From NCBI GenBank assembly GCA_016700375.1, contig CP065016.1, positions 300,001 to 332,000 of the forward strand: 32,000 nt of DNA, read 5' to 3'. The DNA is from Candidatus Saccharimonadota bacterium (lineage in GTDB: Bacteria > Patescibacteriota > Saccharimonadia > Saccharimonadales > UBA4665). Each line of letters opens with the position of its first letter. Within the stretch, counting starts at the first letter, position 1. Made by a program: the position numbers and the translations under genes. Of this stretch, positions 31,197 to 32,000 are shown piece by piece. The notes beneath the pieces were generated by a model. That model saw only the letters and a program-made list of their open reading frames with translations, did not search any database and had not been told where the DNA came from.

Positions 31197-32000
31197 TTAC
31201 TTTTTTTTAGAAAAATGCTGCCAGTCTTTGTTCAAGCCGTTAAAATCGCCACCCCAAGTCCAGCCCCGTTCAGTGAACAGTTGAATTACCTGAGCACCCA
31301 GCGCGGTATCTCTGCCGAGCATTCCAGGACTTAATTGATCCCTATTGAGATAATCTGTTCCTGCTAATGGCGATACTTTTGTTCCGTTCAAGCTTAGAAA
31401 TGGATTCTGCAAGGGGTTAATATCTACCGCGAGTCCATATCCGTGGCTAGATACGGTCGGCGGTGTTTTATCGGGAACATTCCGGCAATTGAACCCAGAC
31501 GTGTTATTCGCTTTCATAGAATATGCGTCGATTTTTTGTGCCTCAAATAGATTGGGTGTTGCCAAAGTTTTTGGTGCAAGCTTTTCAAGCGGCTTAACGG
31601 TGTCGAGCGGAAACCCTAACGAATACATTTTCTCAAAGATTTCGGCAATATCATTAGCGACCGATTTATGCACATCAATCTCACCCGTGCGACTACTGCC
31701 ATCAAAGGCAACATACGGAACATACACTCGCCTGAGTTCAGCTGGCGTAGCCAAGCAACCAGCCCGCCACGACACATTATTCATTCTAGCTATTTGCAAA
31801 TCTGTAAGGGTATTTATACGACTTTTTGGCAACCCTATGCAACCACCGCCTGTCTGCAGAACGGCGCCCAAAACTGCTTCACCTAGAACAGATTGATTAA
31901 ACCGGCGAATATCTTCCTCGGGCAATCCCTCTCGAGTTGCTATTTGCCCGAGGTCCATCGGTTTTTCGACAGGGGTACGCGTGTGTCCTGTGGCCACAAG
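31197..32000 (-). CDS. M15-family (VanY / D-Ala-D-Ala carboxypeptidase-like) zinc peptidase; may be 5'-truncated by the window edge
   Basis: SSHGYGLAVDINP (the H-x6-D zinc motif) and GWTWGGDF...DWQHF are M15 hallmarks. The frame is still open at position 32000. Confidence 0.75.
   Translation of the reverse strand, partial: LVATGHTRTPVEKPMDLGQIATREGLPEEDIRRFNQSVLGEAVLGAVLQTGGGCIGLPKSRINTLTDLQIARMNNVSWRAGCLATPAELRRVYVPYVAFDGSSRTGEIDVHKSVANDIAEIFEKMYSLGFPLDTVKPLEKLAPKTLATPNLFEAQKIDAYSMKANNTSGFNCRNVPDKTPPTVSSHGYGLAVDINPLQNPFLSLNGTKVSPLAGTDYLNRDQLSPGMLGRDTALGAQVIQLFTERGWTWGGDFNGLNKDWQHFSKKK

Noticed and set aside
1-32000. CRISPR arrays, rRNA genes, prophage modules, integrase-bounded genomic island
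   Set aside because: I saw no regularly spaced direct repeats with unique spacers, no rRNA-like conserved stretches, and no capsid, terminase, tail or tyrosine/serine recombinase genes in any frame.

Overview
This is a dense segment with coding on both strands, about 50% GC by eye. It reads like the chromosome of a small-genome bacterium with a Gram-positive-type envelope, possibly Patescibacteria/Saccharibacteria; that placement is inferred from gene style only. Backbone genes: smpB 3' end, two large secreted surface proteins (one LANTG sortase-anchored), an XRE regulator with a membrane protein, a thioredoxin with a DipZ/CcdA-like thiol reductase, an OmdA-domain protein, a DEAD-box helicase, a class IV aminotransferase, purA, a DUF3052 protein, two DUF1801 proteins, a DrrAB-like ABC exporter, htpX, a pyrF / pyrE-like / pyrD-like operon, an EamA transporter and an M15 peptidase. 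Accessory content is concentrated at 3.05-10.35 kb. It holds a tiny GIY-YIG ORF bracketed by a duplicated tRNA 5' half, an Asn-like tRNA split by a classical group I intron, and an IS with IRs and a 7-8 bp TSD. It also holds a five-gene cassette (C5 DNA methyltransferase, small protein, GHKL/MORC-like ATPase, two unknowns) that I cannot assign to any named defence system. The IS plus cassette is bracketed by two diverged ~205-nt copies of a non-coding element that shows RNA-like compensatory changes. Other mobile or repeat features are an IS3 element nested in the 5' end of a second rve transposase gene (16.2-18.8 kb) and a 149-bp MITE-like element inside a nest of palindromic repeats (12.5-12.8 kb). 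A TCCGTC-N4-GACGGA hairpin recurs five times, and there are two hairpin-rich non-coding stretches (25.8-26.0 kb and 27.0-27.4 kb). I saw no rRNA, CRISPR array or prophage.
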